A stretch of DNA of 64,000 nt, taken from assembly GCA_963666285.1 (NCBI GenBank), contig OY762711.1. One strand, 5' to 3'. This DNA comes from Sedimentisphaerales bacterium. Its GTDB lineage: Bacteria; Planctomycetota; Phycisphaerae; Sedimentisphaerales; SM23-30. Below are positions 38,944 through 49,657 of this stretch, piece after piece. The number at the start of each line of letters is the position of its first letter. Within the stretch, counting starts at the first letter, position 1. The notes under the pieces were generated by a model. That model was not told the origin of the DNA, did not search any database, and was given only the letters and a program-made list of their open reading frames with translations. Made by a program: the position numbers and the translations under genes.

Positions 38944-40725
38944 TTAATCATCAGTATCCTTGTCAGGCGGGATCATGAGATATGTGAGGGTTTGCTCAAG
39001 TATCTGTTTGACAACCGGGGCCGCGACAGCACCTCCGGTATAGCCTTCATTAAGCGAACGGTCCGGTTCGCGAACAGTAACGAGGATACATATTTTCGGA
39101 TCAGATGCCGGAGCACCGGCAATGAAAGAAGCATTCCATTTATTGTTTTCATAGCCAGGCCCATCAGTTCTGGGTACATTAGCTGTGCCGGTTTTGCCGA
39201 AAACCGTCCATTTATCGAGTATACATGGTTTGCCGGTGCCATCATCAACTACATGCTGCAAAGCCTTAATCATTTCTGAAGCGGTGCGTTCCGATATAAC
39301 CTGAGCGGCACGTTCGTTAGCCGGTACCGATACATTTTCAAAAACAGGCAGCGAGTAATTTTTATAATTCTCTACAATCCCATTTTCATCTGTAACCCCG
39401 GCAACAATAAACGGTCTTACAAGCCTGCCGCCATTAGCAAAAACAGAAAACGCCCTCAGAAGCTGGAGCGGTGTAATTGATATACCGCCCTGCCCGAAAC
39501 TGGTACGTGTGAAAGTATAGTTTTTATCAGTCCAGGCTTTAACAAAAATCCCCGCCTCTTCGCCCGGCAGGTCAACAAATGTTTTTTGGCCAAACCCGAA
39601 TTTTTCAATCATATCATGGAAATAGTCCTTACCCATCATCAAGGCAATCTTGGCAGTTCCGATATTACTGGATTTAGCCAGGATATCCGAAACAGATATT
39701 CTTCCATGATAGTACTTATATTCCCCGATGCGTCCCATTCCCCTGGCATAAAAAGGGCCGGTAAGACAGTCAATAATGGTATTTAGATTGACAACTTTTT
39801 TTTCCAGGGCACTGGCGACAGTGATCGGTTTGAAGATACTGCCAGGTTCAAAGACGAGATTCGTAACGAGGTTTTTTCTTTTTTCGGTGGGATATTCCCT
39901 GGCACGAGTAATATCGAAACTGGGATAATTGGCACAGGCAAGAATTTCACCGGTTTGCGGAACCATTATAATACAAATAGCATCACGAGCACGATATTTT
40001 TTAACAACTTCTTCCAGTGCCTTTTCCGCGTATTCCTGAATAACAGCATCAATTGTAAGAGCCACATTACATCCGTCACGAGATTCCTTACTCTCGGATA
40101 TGGCATGAGGGCCTACCGGCCGGCGAAGCACATCCATACGATATAAAGTCTTACCGGACTCGCCTTTAAGATAATCGTTATACTGTTTTTCTATACCTTC
40201 TAGCCCATCATTGTAAACATCGGTTATACCTATTACCGGAGCAGCAAGGGAGCCCATTGGATATTCTCTAAAATATTCATGCCGAACAACAACTCCCCTT
40301 ATCCCCAGGTTTCTAACAGTATCAGCCTTTTCCTGGGACACATCACGTTTGACATACATAAACCGCTGTTTGATCCGGTCATTATATTCAGTATTAAGCT
40401 CGTGAAAATTCAGTCCAAGTTCGGTGGAAAGCTTTCTGATAGTAGCTTCACCACCCTCCATTACCTTTGGGTCAATTGCAACAGAATATCCCTGTCGACC
40501 GGCAACTAAAATCCTCCCTTTGCAATCGAGGATCATCCCTCTTGCGGCATTATGTTCGATAATCTTTAACTGTTGTTTGTCGGCCTTACTCTTATAATAT
40601 CCAATTTGATTATACTGAAGATAAAAACATCGGCCCAAAACAGCGAGGAAGCCAATGAAAATCAAGGCAAAAAAGCCAAGCCCCGGAATACCAGTTTTTC
40701 TATCTGCTACATCCATAATCACCAC
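38944..40725 (-). CDS. Class B penicillin-binding protein (FtsI/PBP2-like)
   Basis: TM anchor, RG.I.D, REYP, GLEGIE, EPGSIFK (SxxK), SSN, KTGT. Confidence 0.9.
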   Translation of the reverse strand: MVIMDVADRKTGIPGLGFFALIFIGFLAVLGRCFYLQYNQIGYYKSKADKQQLKIIEHNAARGMILDCKGRILVAGRQGYSVAIDPKVMEGGEATIRKLSTELGLNFHELNTEYNDRIKQRFMYVKRDVSQEKADTVRNLGIRGVVVRHEYFREYPMGSLAAPVIGITDVYNDGLEGIEKQYNDYLKGESGKTLYRMDVLRRPVGPHAISESKESRDGCNVALTIDAVIQEYAEKALEEVVKKYRARDAICIIMVPQTGEILACANYPSFDITRAREYPTEKRKNLVTNLVFEPGSIFKPITVASALEKKVVNLNTIIDCLTGPFYARGMGRIGEYKYYHGRISVSDILAKSSNIGTAKIALMMGKDYFHDMIEKFGFGQKTFVDLPGEEAGIFVKAWTDKNYTFTRTSFGQGGISITPLQLLRAFSVFANGGRLVRPFIVAGVTDENGIVENYKNYSLPVFENVSVPANERAAQVISERTASEMIKALQHVVDDGTGKPCILDKWTVFGKTGTANVPRTDGPGYENNKWNASFIAGAPASDPKICILVTVREPDRSLNEGYTGGAVAAPVVKQILEQTLTYLMIPPDKDTDD

Positions 40726-40729
40726 ACGT

Positions 40730-41659
40730 CTACAACTGACAAAGCATTGCTGCTTTCACGAACATATCTTTAAAACCAGCGGCTTTATAAATATTCCACG
40801 CATAAAAATTATTAGAATCAACAGCAAGAGTCATCAGTTTGTACCCATCAATCGCACTTAAAGACAAAGCCCTATTAAGCATTATCCTGCCGAGACTTTT
40901 ACCGCGACATCCGGGAACAACTCCCATATATGTCAATTCAATACTGCCTTGAGAAGGCAAAGGCGACAGCAAACACACCCCGGCAGGCTCATTATTAACA
41001 CATAACAATGACCAGCATCGGCTGGTAAAGATTCCGGAAGCTTTATAACTTTTGATAGTATCTTCTACAGTCCGCAGCCCGTCAACATCAGGGCAGTCCA
41101 GACTGTCTTGCCAGCTCTTCTCAATGATATCAGCAAACACATTATGATTGTCAGTATTGTAAGTTTGCCAGCTGACATAAGGCGGTATCCTGAAAATACC
41201 AATCCTGGAATTAACTTCACGATACATATAATGGATATCAGCGGCCCGCTTGAATCCGGCTCGATTAGCAAAAGCAATTTTATGAGTATCATCCGGTGAT
41301 ATCATAAGCTGCAAGAAATTCAAATTCTTTTCAGCAGCAGACTTTTTCAGGCGGTGCACAGCTTCCAAGGCCAAAGGTATGGTATCGAGATTCAAATCAG
41401 CAACACTGGAGATAAAAATAAAGGCAGACCCGCCTTCATGAGGCATAAGAAAACATGAAAAAATGATATGATCCTGATCGGCAACAATAATCTGGCAATT
41501 GGGATCATGTTTCTGGGCTCTGAGCATCTGCTCAAAACTTTCTGCCCGTTTATTTAAAGTTTGAATGTCATCTTGCGGCTCACGTAAAAGCACAGACAAA
41601 GACTTTCTAACTTCGTTACCATTTATTGTCCGGATTTCCGGCATTAAAACTCCATCCAT
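40730..41659 (-). CDS. Tandem GNAT acetyltransferase
   Basis: YMGVVPGCRGKSLG acetyl-CoA motif, LAVDSNN..A..IY...GF. Confidence 0.85.
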   Translation of the reverse strand: MDGVLMPEIRTINGNEVRKSLSVLLREPQDDIQTLNKRAESFEQMLRAQKHDPNCQIIVADQDHIIFSCFLMPHEGGSAFIFISSVADLNLDTIPLALEAVHRLKKSAAEKNLNFLQLMISPDDTHKIAFANRAGFKRAADIHYMYREVNSRIGIFRIPPYVSWQTYNTDNHNVFADIIEKSWQDSLDCPDVDGLRTVEDTIKSYKASGIFTSRCWSLLCVNNEPAGVCLLSPLPSQGSIELTYMGVVPGCRGKSLGRIMLNRALSLSAIDGYKLMTLAVDSNNFYAWNIYKAAGFKDMFVKAAMLCQL

Positions 41660-41719
41660 GGATCATATAATAATCAACTGATCAATAGAAATACCTAAGC
41701 TATATGCTGCCAGCCATCA

Positions 41720-43591
41720 TTAGTTATCAGACTGAGGCGCCGGCTGCGGTCCATATTCAATATTCTCGCTGCCTTTTTGGGCTTTTTCCAGCTCAGCTTG
41801 TTGTTTTGCAATATCTTTACTGAGTCTATCATATAGCGAAGGCTGCTCAATTTCAATCCTTTTCATGAGCATATCTCTAACATTCTGACTTACGCTGATA
41901 TAGACTTGAACCAGAGAAAAATATTTAATATCAGCCATTGATGGAAAATCTGTTCTCTTAGTAGGATCCGGATCGTTCTGGAACTCCTTGTAATACAAAT
42001 CATAAATCTGTTGAGCCCATAATAAACGGGCCTGAGCGTTTTCCTCTTCACCAATAGCAAGCTGGCTATAGCTGGCAAAGAGTAAGTTGAAAATATAATT
42101 ACTTGCATATTTAGGAGTTATATCGGTAATCTGCTCTTTCATCAGAGTAGCAACAAATTTATCCAGAGTCACTTTATATTCCGGCTTATCAGGAAAATCC
42201 TCCTGTAAACGCTTATAATAACTCGCAGCAACTTGTGTATAGCCAGTTAAATAAAGACTTTGAATAGCATTTTTTGCCAGATTTTCAGAAGCAACATCAA
42301 CCCCACCCGGCATCTCGTCAGGATCATCTTCATAAGTTTTCAATAAATCCAGGGTCGCCTGGTAGGCAACCGGGAACATTTTCAGATCCTGGCTGTTAAA
42401 CACCTGAAGATTTAACTGCTGCTGCTCAAAGACCTCTCTAGCTTCAGAGCCCTGTTCAAAAGCTTCCGGCGGATTTATATCATACACTTTCAAATTACCG
42501 TTATGATACATGTCCTGCAGGCTTTGATAAACAATTCTCTCCAGCCTATTGACAGTAGCCTGGTTATCTTCCTTATCACGATATTTAAGCCCCTGTTCAG
42601 CCCAGTAAATGGCGTAGGGCCAAGGCATGCGCCAGTCGAGCGCCATTCTTTTATCCTTATCGGTGTAATCAACAGGACCATATTTCATATTCATTTCGTG
42701 CATAACTGCCAGGTCAAGTTTCCATTTTTCCTGCAAAGCTTTGCGACGGCTAAAACGATCTATTGCCCATAATGCCGGATTATCAGCATTATTATTTATA
42801 ATCTGCCAAAGTTCCTGCTCATTATAAACACCATTAGTACTGCGCAGTTTAATTAACGCATTAAAAACATCATCAGGCGTTTTTAACTTATCATCAGCGG
42901 CGATAAGCTTATCCATCAAATCAGAAACAGCCTTATCTTTAGCAAGGATATAATAACTGGCAGGCAAATCAGCCATAGCCTTGATATCTTCCAGAACCGG
43001 ACGGGATTTCAAGTCACCGGTAACCGGAGTTAAAAGCGGAGCGAATTCGGAAACAAGGGTCATCTTATAGTAGCGATGATAGTCATCTGTTATGCCGCCG
43101 ATTTTGTGCTCAAATATCCATGCCAGAGACCAGTGAATCTGTAAGCTGTCAGGATTGTACTTTAACCCCTGATCGCGAAGCAGCTCATACCCTGCCCGGA
43201 CCCATTCCCACCGCTCAGAGCCTGATGGTAATTCAACGGAAATATTATAGGCCATATTCCATCCCTGGAAATCCCAGATACTGGCAAGGTTAGGCTGTAA
43301 ATCACAAATCGCACTGGCAAGATAATACGCATCAAAAAACTGGCCGTCATTTTTGAGATTATCAGCACGAATCCACAGATAATCAATAGCCAGAGACCTG
43401 AACACAAAAAGTGCCGAGGTAGGAATCTTAAGATCCGAGGAAACCTGTTCTCCGCCAAAAGTATCGAGCCGGTCCAGACCGGATTCAAGTCTCTCCTGGT
43501 ACATTCCAGGCAGCATACAAACAGCACCGCCGATAAATACGGCAGCTACTAAGATAAAAACAAGATTTACTAATATATTATTTTTCATCAA
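41720..43591 (-). CDS. Membrane-anchored helical protein, probable ABC-system accessory
   Basis: N-terminal TM; FRSLAIDYLWIRA, LQP...IWDFQGWNMAYNISVE, TPR-like helices; follows the ABC permease. Confidence 0.7.
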   Translation of the reverse strand: MMKNNILVNLVFILVAAVFIGGAVCMLPGMYQERLESGLDRLDTFGGEQVSSDLKIPTSALFVFRSLAIDYLWIRADNLKNDGQFFDAYYLASAICDLQPNLASIWDFQGWNMAYNISVELPSGSERWEWVRAGYELLRDQGLKYNPDSLQIHWSLAWIFEHKIGGITDDYHRYYKMTLVSEFAPLLTPVTGDLKSRPVLEDIKAMADLPASYYILAKDKAVSDLMDKLIAADDKLKTPDDVFNALIKLRSTNGVYNEQELWQIINNNADNPALWAIDRFSRRKALQEKWKLDLAVMHEMNMKYGPVDYTDKDKRMALDWRMPWPYAIYWAEQGLKYRDKEDNQATVNRLERIVYQSLQDMYHNGNLKVYDINPPEAFEQGSEAREVFEQQQLNLQVFNSQDLKMFPVAYQATLDLLKTYEDDPDEMPGGVDVASENLAKNAIQSLYLTGYTQVAASYYKRLQEDFPDKPEYKVTLDKFVATLMKEQITDITPKYASNYIFNLLFASYSQLAIGEEENAQARLLWAQQIYDLYYKEFQNDPDPTKRTDFPSMADIKYFSLVQVYISVSQNVRDMLMKRIEIEQPSLYDRLSKDIAKQQAELEKAQKGSENIEYGPQPAPQSDN

Positions 43592-43672
43592 AACCTCGTG
43601 CCTATTATCACTGGTTATTAACCAGCCAATAATTCACTCAGTAAAATTATCCTATCATCCAGTTCAAAATAA

Positions 43673-45082
43673 TTACACGACAACTCTTGCCAGTTCCTTA
43701 CGCTGGAATAGCAGAAAGCCCAAACCGGTAAGAATGCCGCCTTTGACCAGAATCATATACAACAAACATTTTCCAATCAAATCGTATCCAACCATCCTGC
43801 CCTTTTCCAGCAAAATTGCAGGCTCATAGGCGGCAAGATGCGGAATAGGCATCATTATAAATCGAATAACCTCTCCGACACTTTCATGGGCATCACTGTC
43901 AACAGCGTCAAGAATAAAGGAACTTGCAACACCCAGCAGATAAACTACTAAAACTACCAGAACCGCAACCGGGAAACTCAGGCAACAGGCAAACGCCAAT
44001 GAAAGAATTGTCAGATAAACCAGTCTGAGCAGGATAAGAAACATCCCGCGCAGAATATTTGTCTCAAAAACATCCGCGGTATAAAGCAATTCCAACCCTG
44101 TACCTTCGGTAAAAATAGCCGAACTGCCCATATTTTCAAACGGATTTCGAAAGGCAACATAAAAATCTCCTTCGGGAGATATTAAGCTTGTGCCATTAGC
44201 TTCAACAGGTATATCGATTTCGTGATATTTTCGTATCGTATCATAAGAAGAAAATCGAATAGATCTTTCCTGGGTCGGATCTTTTGGCCCTACCCACCAT
44301 TCTCCATACATTTTCAAAGATTCGGTATTAAAAGACACATCCATCTTATAGCGAAGAAAGACACGATCATCTCCAGGCCTGACTTTTATATCTCTAAACC
44401 TGAAAACTCTAATTCTGCCAGGCGGTACAGTTACAGTATTGGCTTTCAGAGACTTAAGAGCATCATTATACAGTTTTTCGCCAAGCGATTCGACAAACTG
44501 AGGATTATTTTTCAACTCAGGAGTACGCATAAGCTGCTCATTAAGTAACCGTTTGGCATGCTCCCTGGCAATTTCTTCCCGATTTTCAGGCTTTTCCGGA
44601 AATACCCCTTTGCGTGCCGTTAAAACCAATGCGTTAATACGTCCCTTATCATAAGCTATTTCATCAGGAGTACCGCGAACTTCTGTCTTAACCATTACCC
44701 TGGCAGTTCCATATATCAATGTACCGATAATGATTAGAAAACCTATATTAAGAATAGTTACTCCAAGGAACTTTCCGACAAGATAACCAAAACGAGATAC
44801 AGGCTTGGTCGCTATAGTAAAAATTTCCCGGCGTTTAATATCACGAGAAACAGTAGCAATAGAAATAAAGATAGTCACCAGACTCAAGACCGCAGTAATA
44901 AACCTGGTACTATAACTGATAAAAGTCTGAATTTTTTCTTCCGGGCGACCGGTACCACCACTAAGCCACCAGGCAAAGACTACAGTAGCACCTAAAAACA
45001 CCAATAGAAGAAAAAACATGAGCATTCTCATGCGAAATACTTCTTTGATTAATGTCCGAGCTATTGCAAATATACTTTTCAT
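43673..45082 (-). CDS. ABC-2-type permease with large extracytoplasmic loop
   Basis: IARTLIKEVFR; DIKRREIFTIATKPVSR..YLVGKFLG; C-terminal FQRKELA. Confidence 0.88.
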   Translation of the reverse strand: MKSIFAIARTLIKEVFRMRMLMFFLLLVFLGATVVFAWWLSGGTGRPEEKIQTFISYSTRFITAVLSLVTIFISIATVSRDIKRREIFTIATKPVSRFGYLVGKFLGVTILNIGFLIIIGTLIYGTARVMVKTEVRGTPDEIAYDKGRINALVLTARKGVFPEKPENREEIAREHAKRLLNEQLMRTPELKNNPQFVESLGEKLYNDALKSLKANTVTVPPGRIRVFRFRDIKVRPGDDRVFLRYKMDVSFNTESLKMYGEWWVGPKDPTQERSIRFSSYDTIRKYHEIDIPVEANGTSLISPEGDFYVAFRNPFENMGSSAIFTEGTGLELLYTADVFETNILRGMFLILLRLVYLTILSLAFACCLSFPVAVLVVLVVYLLGVASSFILDAVDSDAHESVGEVIRFIMMPIPHLAAYEPAILLEKGRMVGYDLIGKCLLYMILVKGGILTGLGFLLFQRKELARVVV

Positions 45083-45129
45083 ATTTATTATTCTTAGTAC
45101 TTAATAATCAGTACCTGTTATCCGGCTAA

Positions 45130-46362
45130 TTACTTATCGCCGTCATTTTTATTTTTGTTATTACTACCGAGAAGATTATTAATTATATCAGTATCAACAA
45201 CCTTAGTATCATTTTCAGCCGGTTCTTCAACTGCCTGCTCCTGCTGCTCAATAGCAACGGTCATATCTTCCTTACTTTCACTGGTAAGAGAACTGATAAA
45301 ATCAGCGGCAGCTTTTGGCTCATCCACAGAAGAGACCTCAGCTGTATCAAGCTCAACCCCGGCAGGAGCGATTTTAGCTTTTTCACTTTCCAAAGAAACC
45401 AAGGACTCAATTACAGACTCACCTGCGTCTTCGGACTGGGAACCGAGGAAATCACTGACTTCTCCACCAATCCTGGCACCGGAAGTAGCAACATCTTCAA
45501 GCTGTGCCTTTTCCACAGTCTGGAGGAAATAGTCTTCCATGCGATCACGAGGAGTTTCAAACTTCAAGTCATATTCAGGATGGTGTTTTGCGATGACAGT
45601 TTTTATTTCAGCAATAACATGATCATCAAGTTTTTCACATTCGATGCGAGTTTGCTCAGTGCGAGCAAGCAGCTCGTCCAACTGACCTTCAGCACGAATC
45701 TTCCCGCCGTAGAGGATGCAAATTCGATCGCAAACATCTTCCACATCAGCCATGAGATGGCTACAGAGCAAAATGGTCTTACCACGTTTACCAAGTTCTG
45801 CAATCAGGTCTTTGATCTGCCGAGTTCCAATCGGGTCCATACCGCTGGTAGGCTCATCCAGGATCAACAGATCCGGATCGTTTATCAATGCCTGGGCTAA
45901 ACCTATTCGTCTCTGCATACCCTTGGAAAATTCGCCAACCTGACGCCTGGTAGCACCGCTTAAACCAACCATATCCAGCAGGCTGTCAATACGGTTTTTA
46001 CGCCGATCATTATCAAGACCAAACAAGCGGCCATAGAAGTCAAGTGTTTCACGAGCATTCAAAAACGGATATAAAAATGATTCTTCGGGCAAATAACCAA
46101 TCCTGGCATTAGTTTTTACATCACCGGGAGATTTACCTAATACCCGGGCCCATCCCCGTGAAGGGTTTAGCAGTCCCAGCAGCATCTTAATAGTAGTACT
46201 CTTACCGGAACCATTAGGGCCAAGAAGTCCAAAAACTTCCTTGGGCCTTATCTCCAGATCAAGTTTATCAACTGCAATAACTCGCTGTCGGCCCCAAAAA
46301 TCTCTGAATATTTTTGTAAGTCCAACAGTGCTTATAACCGAACTATTATCTAATTTAGCCAT
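45130..46362 (-). CDS. ABC transporter ATP-binding protein with acidic C-terminal extension
   Basis: GPNGSGKST, FSKGM signature, ILDEPT, SH switch. Confidence 0.95.
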   Translation of the reverse strand: MAKLDNSSVISTVGLTKIFRDFWGRQRVIAVDKLDLEIRPKEVFGLLGPNGSGKSTTIKMLLGLLNPSRGWARVLGKSPGDVKTNARIGYLPEESFLYPFLNARETLDFYGRLFGLDNDRRKNRIDSLLDMVGLSGATRRQVGEFSKGMQRRIGLAQALINDPDLLILDEPTSGMDPIGTRQIKDLIAELGKRGKTILLCSHLMADVEDVCDRICILYGGKIRAEGQLDELLARTEQTRIECEKLDDHVIAEIKTVIAKHHPEYDLKFETPRDRMEDYFLQTVEKAQLEDVATSGARIGGEVSDFLGSQSEDAGESVIESLVSLESEKAKIAPAGVELDTAEVSSVDEPKAAADFISSLTSESKEDMTVAIEQQEQAVEEPAENDTKVVDTDIINNLLGSNNKNKNDGDK

Positions 46363-46390
46363 AGTATTCTCTCAAAAGCTTGATAAGCTA

Positions 46391-48322
46391 TTAATGATGA
46401 TGCATCTCCTCACCAAATCTAACCAGCCGAGCACTATTAAATACAATAACCAGTGAACTGCCTAAATGTAAAAGAGCTGCAAAAATCGGAGGTATTTTGC
46501 CCTGGCCGCTAAGTATCAGTCCAAAAATGATAAACAACATACCAAATGCCAGATTCTGAAATACAACCTGGCGGGTGATACGACTAAGTTTAACTAAAAA
46601 CGGAAGGCGATCGAGTTCGCTGTTCATCAATGCAATTGAAGCACTATGAATAGCAACATCACTACCGGCAGCACCCATAGCGACACCAAGGTCACCGGCG
46701 GCCAAAGCAGGGGCATCATTTACACCGTCACCAACAACGGCAACTCGGTGACCTTCATTCTGGAGCTGATTAACCAGTTGAAGTTTTTCATGAGGCAGAC
46801 ATTCAGCTTTGACTTCGCTACATCCCATCTCAGCTGCTACACGTTTTGCCACAGCAAGTTTATCACCAGTTACCATTACCAGGCGTTTGATACCAAGCTC
46901 AGCCAGATCTTCCATAGCCTGTCGAGCTTCGCTCCTGGTACGGTCTTCCATGCCAACCCAGCCGACAAATTTGCCATCACGAGCAATGTAAAGCAAACTG
47001 ATACCTTCAGGCGGAGCATTGTCACCATCAAGACCACTTACCTCAACACCTTCATCCTTGAGCCAGGTGTCGCGGCCAACCAAGACCTTGGAACCGTTTA
47101 TGGTACCGATTACACCTTTACCGGCGACTTCCTCAAAACCTTCAACATCATGCAGTTTCAAGTTTGCCTTTCGGGAAACTTCTATAATAGCCCGGGCAAC
47201 CGGATGTTTACTAAACTTTTCAACAGAAGCAGTTAGAGTAAGCATTTCTGTCGGATCAATATCACCAATAGGTGTAAGGCGGGTAACAGCAAGTTGTCCT
47301 GTTGTAAGAGTACCGGTTTTATCAAATACCATAGAAGTCAGGCGTCCTGCACCTTCCAGATCAGATACGTTCTTGATAAGCACGCCAAGACGTGCGGCAC
47401 AACTTAACGAGGCAACCATAGCAGTCGGCGTTGCAAGAATAATCGCACAAGGACAGGCGATAATCAAAGCCGAAATAGCAAAGTTAATTTCCTTGGTGAA
47501 CACAAAAATCAATAAAGCAATCATAAGAATAGTTGGTGTGTACCACCTGGCATACCTGTCGATAATTCTCATGATAGGTATTTTTGTACTTTCTGCATCC
47601 AGGATTAAAGACTGTACCTTACCGAGAGTTGTGTCACTACCGGCAGAGACAACCTTGATATCCATCATGCCGGTTACATTACTGGTACCGGCAAAGACAG
47701 TATCACCGATCATCTTATCAACCGGGAGAGATTCACCGGTAATATTTGCCTGATCAACCGTTGACTGCCCGCTGACAACGTCACCATCAGCAGGAATATT
47801 GTCACCAGGTCGAACCCGAATAATCTGGCCCGGCTGAAGCTGCGATGCCTCCACTTCTGTTTCTTCACCACCAGCAGAGAGTAGATGAGCCTTAGTCGGA
47901 GTAATTTTTATCAGGGACTCAATTGAAGCTCGAGCGCCAAGAGCGGTCCTGGTTTCAACCAGTTCAGCCAGCAGCATAAAAAATGCAACAGAGCCGGCCA
48001 CCTCGTAACTACCAACGGCAAAGGACGCGATAATGGCAAGTGCCACAAGCTCATCCATATGGTTATGTCCTGCGAGCAGACATTTGGTAGCATTCCATAC
48101 AACCGGGATACCCAGCATAAGGGCACCGGCCATACTTAGCAGCTGAGCAATATCGCCACCATCATTAAACAAACGCTCAGCTATTATTCCATTGAGCAAT
48201 AAAGCACCGCCAAGCATTGTACCAAGCAGACTAAGGCTAACCTTGAAGGTTTTCGCCTCGACATCGCCTGAACTGAATGCCTTTTCAACTTCACTTAGAT
48301 TATGAACACTATGTCCTGCCAT
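46391..48322 (-). CDS. P1B-type (heavy-metal) P-type ATPase lacking an N-terminal HMA domain
   Basis: TGES, ACPC, DKTGTLT, SKHP, TGD, GDGVNDAP. Confidence 0.93.
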   Translation of the reverse strand: MAGHSVHNLSEVEKAFSSGDVEAKTFKVSLSLLGTMLGGALLLNGIIAERLFNDGGDIAQLLSMAGALMLGIPVVWNATKCLLAGHNHMDELVALAIIASFAVGSYEVAGSVAFFMLLAELVETRTALGARASIESLIKITPTKAHLLSAGGEETEVEASQLQPGQIIRVRPGDNIPADGDVVSGQSTVDQANITGESLPVDKMIGDTVFAGTSNVTGMMDIKVVSAGSDTTLGKVQSLILDAESTKIPIMRIIDRYARWYTPTILMIALLIFVFTKEINFAISALIIACPCAIILATPTAMVASLSCAARLGVLIKNVSDLEGAGRLTSMVFDKTGTLTTGQLAVTRLTPIGDIDPTEMLTLTASVEKFSKHPVARAIIEVSRKANLKLHDVEGFEEVAGKGVIGTINGSKVLVGRDTWLKDEGVEVSGLDGDNAPPEGISLLYIARDGKFVGWVGMEDRTRSEARQAMEDLAELGIKRLVMVTGDKLAVAKRVAAEMGCSEVKAECLPHEKLQLVNQLQNEGHRVAVVGDGVNDAPALAAGDLGVAMGAAGSDVAIHSASIALMNSELDRLPFLVKLSRITRQVVFQNLAFGMLFIIFGLILSGQGKIPPIFAALLHLGSSLVIVFNSARLVRFGEEMHHH

Positions 48323-48394
48323 ATTATTCGCCTTTTTATTGATTCATGTTGTATCAGCGGGTATTGCTACCTGCAACTGACAGCAGACTAAATT

Positions 48395-49633
48395 TTATTT
48401 TTCAGTTTTCTTAATTGATGGATCTCTATTAATAAAGATACGCCATTGATCAGGTTTGTCGCCTGATGTTGTAGGAGCATATGCCTGGTCAACATTTGCC
48501 ATGACAACTCTAACTGTTTCCTGGTATAACTGGTCAACAGTAATAGCCATCAGGTCATTATAAACTTTTTTATATTCACCCTTGCCGGACTGAGCAGCTT
48601 CTTTGGCAGCCTTATCAATTTTGGCAAGTACTTCAGTAAGATAATCAGCATCCGCCCTGGCAGACTGAACAACCGTATCAGCATAAGCCCGTGCCTGAGC
48701 CAGAATATTAGCAGCGTCAGCAGTAGCCTGATTCATTATCTCTTCAGATTTACCTTTCGCCTCATTTTTGAGCTTTTCGGCCTGCTGTTCAGCACTGTTA
48801 GCGGCATCAAAAGCAGTTTTGACCTGCTGCGGAGTTTCCTTACCAACAAGCTGGAGTTCAACTTCAATGCCATAGTCAAAGCGGCTAAGTCTTTCTTTCA
48901 TATAGTCCTGAACTTCAAGTTTAAACTTTTCACTACTTCCCCAGATGATATCTTCGATATCATAATGCGCACTAACAGTGATTACAGAGTCAGCCAGCAC
49001 AGTCCTGAGAATAGTCGTCAGTTTTTTCCAGTCAGGGGTACCATCCCATACCTTTTCAAATACTTTTAGTTCTCCACCCTCGATAACATTCCACGTTATA
49101 GTCCAGTTTGTATGACAGAGATTATAATCAACCATCTGGTCAGTTTCTGACTTATCGCCTTTGAGGGCGCTGGCAGACGCTGTAAGCGAATAGCCGTCTT
49201 TGATGAACTGGATATTTTGCGGCGGGTAGTAATTATCCTTTAACCGCTGCTCATCAGTAACATAATACCACATAGCAGGCTTATCAATGCCATCTACCCG
49301 ATCGACCATAATTTTATGATCAACATCTACCGGTATGCGAACGATTTCTTCAATCGGGCTGGGCCATTTCCAATGCCAACCGGTCCGGAGCAGTCCGCCT
49401 TCCTTAACTCTGCCAAACAGCAGTTCAATACCAACTTCATTGGCTTCGATAGTATAGAACCCACTATAAATGAAACCGGCCAGAACCAGAATCATTATTA
49501 ACTTTAGCAGCATAAAGCTGAACTTCAGGGCATCAGACAGTGCCTGACTACCCGGATCCAGCGGCTCAATATCAGGATTATGATTATCTGAATTGCAGCT
49601 GCACTGGCCATGAATGTGATGATGGTCACTCAT
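48395..49633 (-). CDS. HflK-like SPFH protein with His/Cys-rich N-terminus
   Basis: MSDHHHIHGQCSC, TM, GWHWKWPSPIE, PQQVKTAFD, coiled coil A.AYA..VV..A.ADA. Confidence 0.85.
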   Translation of the reverse strand: MSDHHHIHGQCSCNSDNHNPDIEPLDPGSQALSDALKFSFMLLKLIMILVLAGFIYSGFYTIEANEVGIELLFGRVKEGGLLRTGWHWKWPSPIEEIVRIPVDVDHKIMVDRVDGIDKPAMWYYVTDEQRLKDNYYPPQNIQFIKDGYSLTASASALKGDKSETDQMVDYNLCHTNWTITWNVIEGGELKVFEKVWDGTPDWKKLTTILRTVLADSVITVSAHYDIEDIIWGSSEKFKLEVQDYMKERLSRFDYGIEVELQLVGKETPQQVKTAFDAANSAEQQAEKLKNEAKGKSEEIMNQATADAANILAQARAYADTVVQSARADADYLTEVLAKIDKAAKEAAQSGKGEYKKVYNDLMAITVDQLYQETVRVVMANVDQAYAPTTSGDKPDQWRIFINRDPSIKKTEK

Positions 49634-49657
49634 ATATCAAACCTTATAAAATATCTT

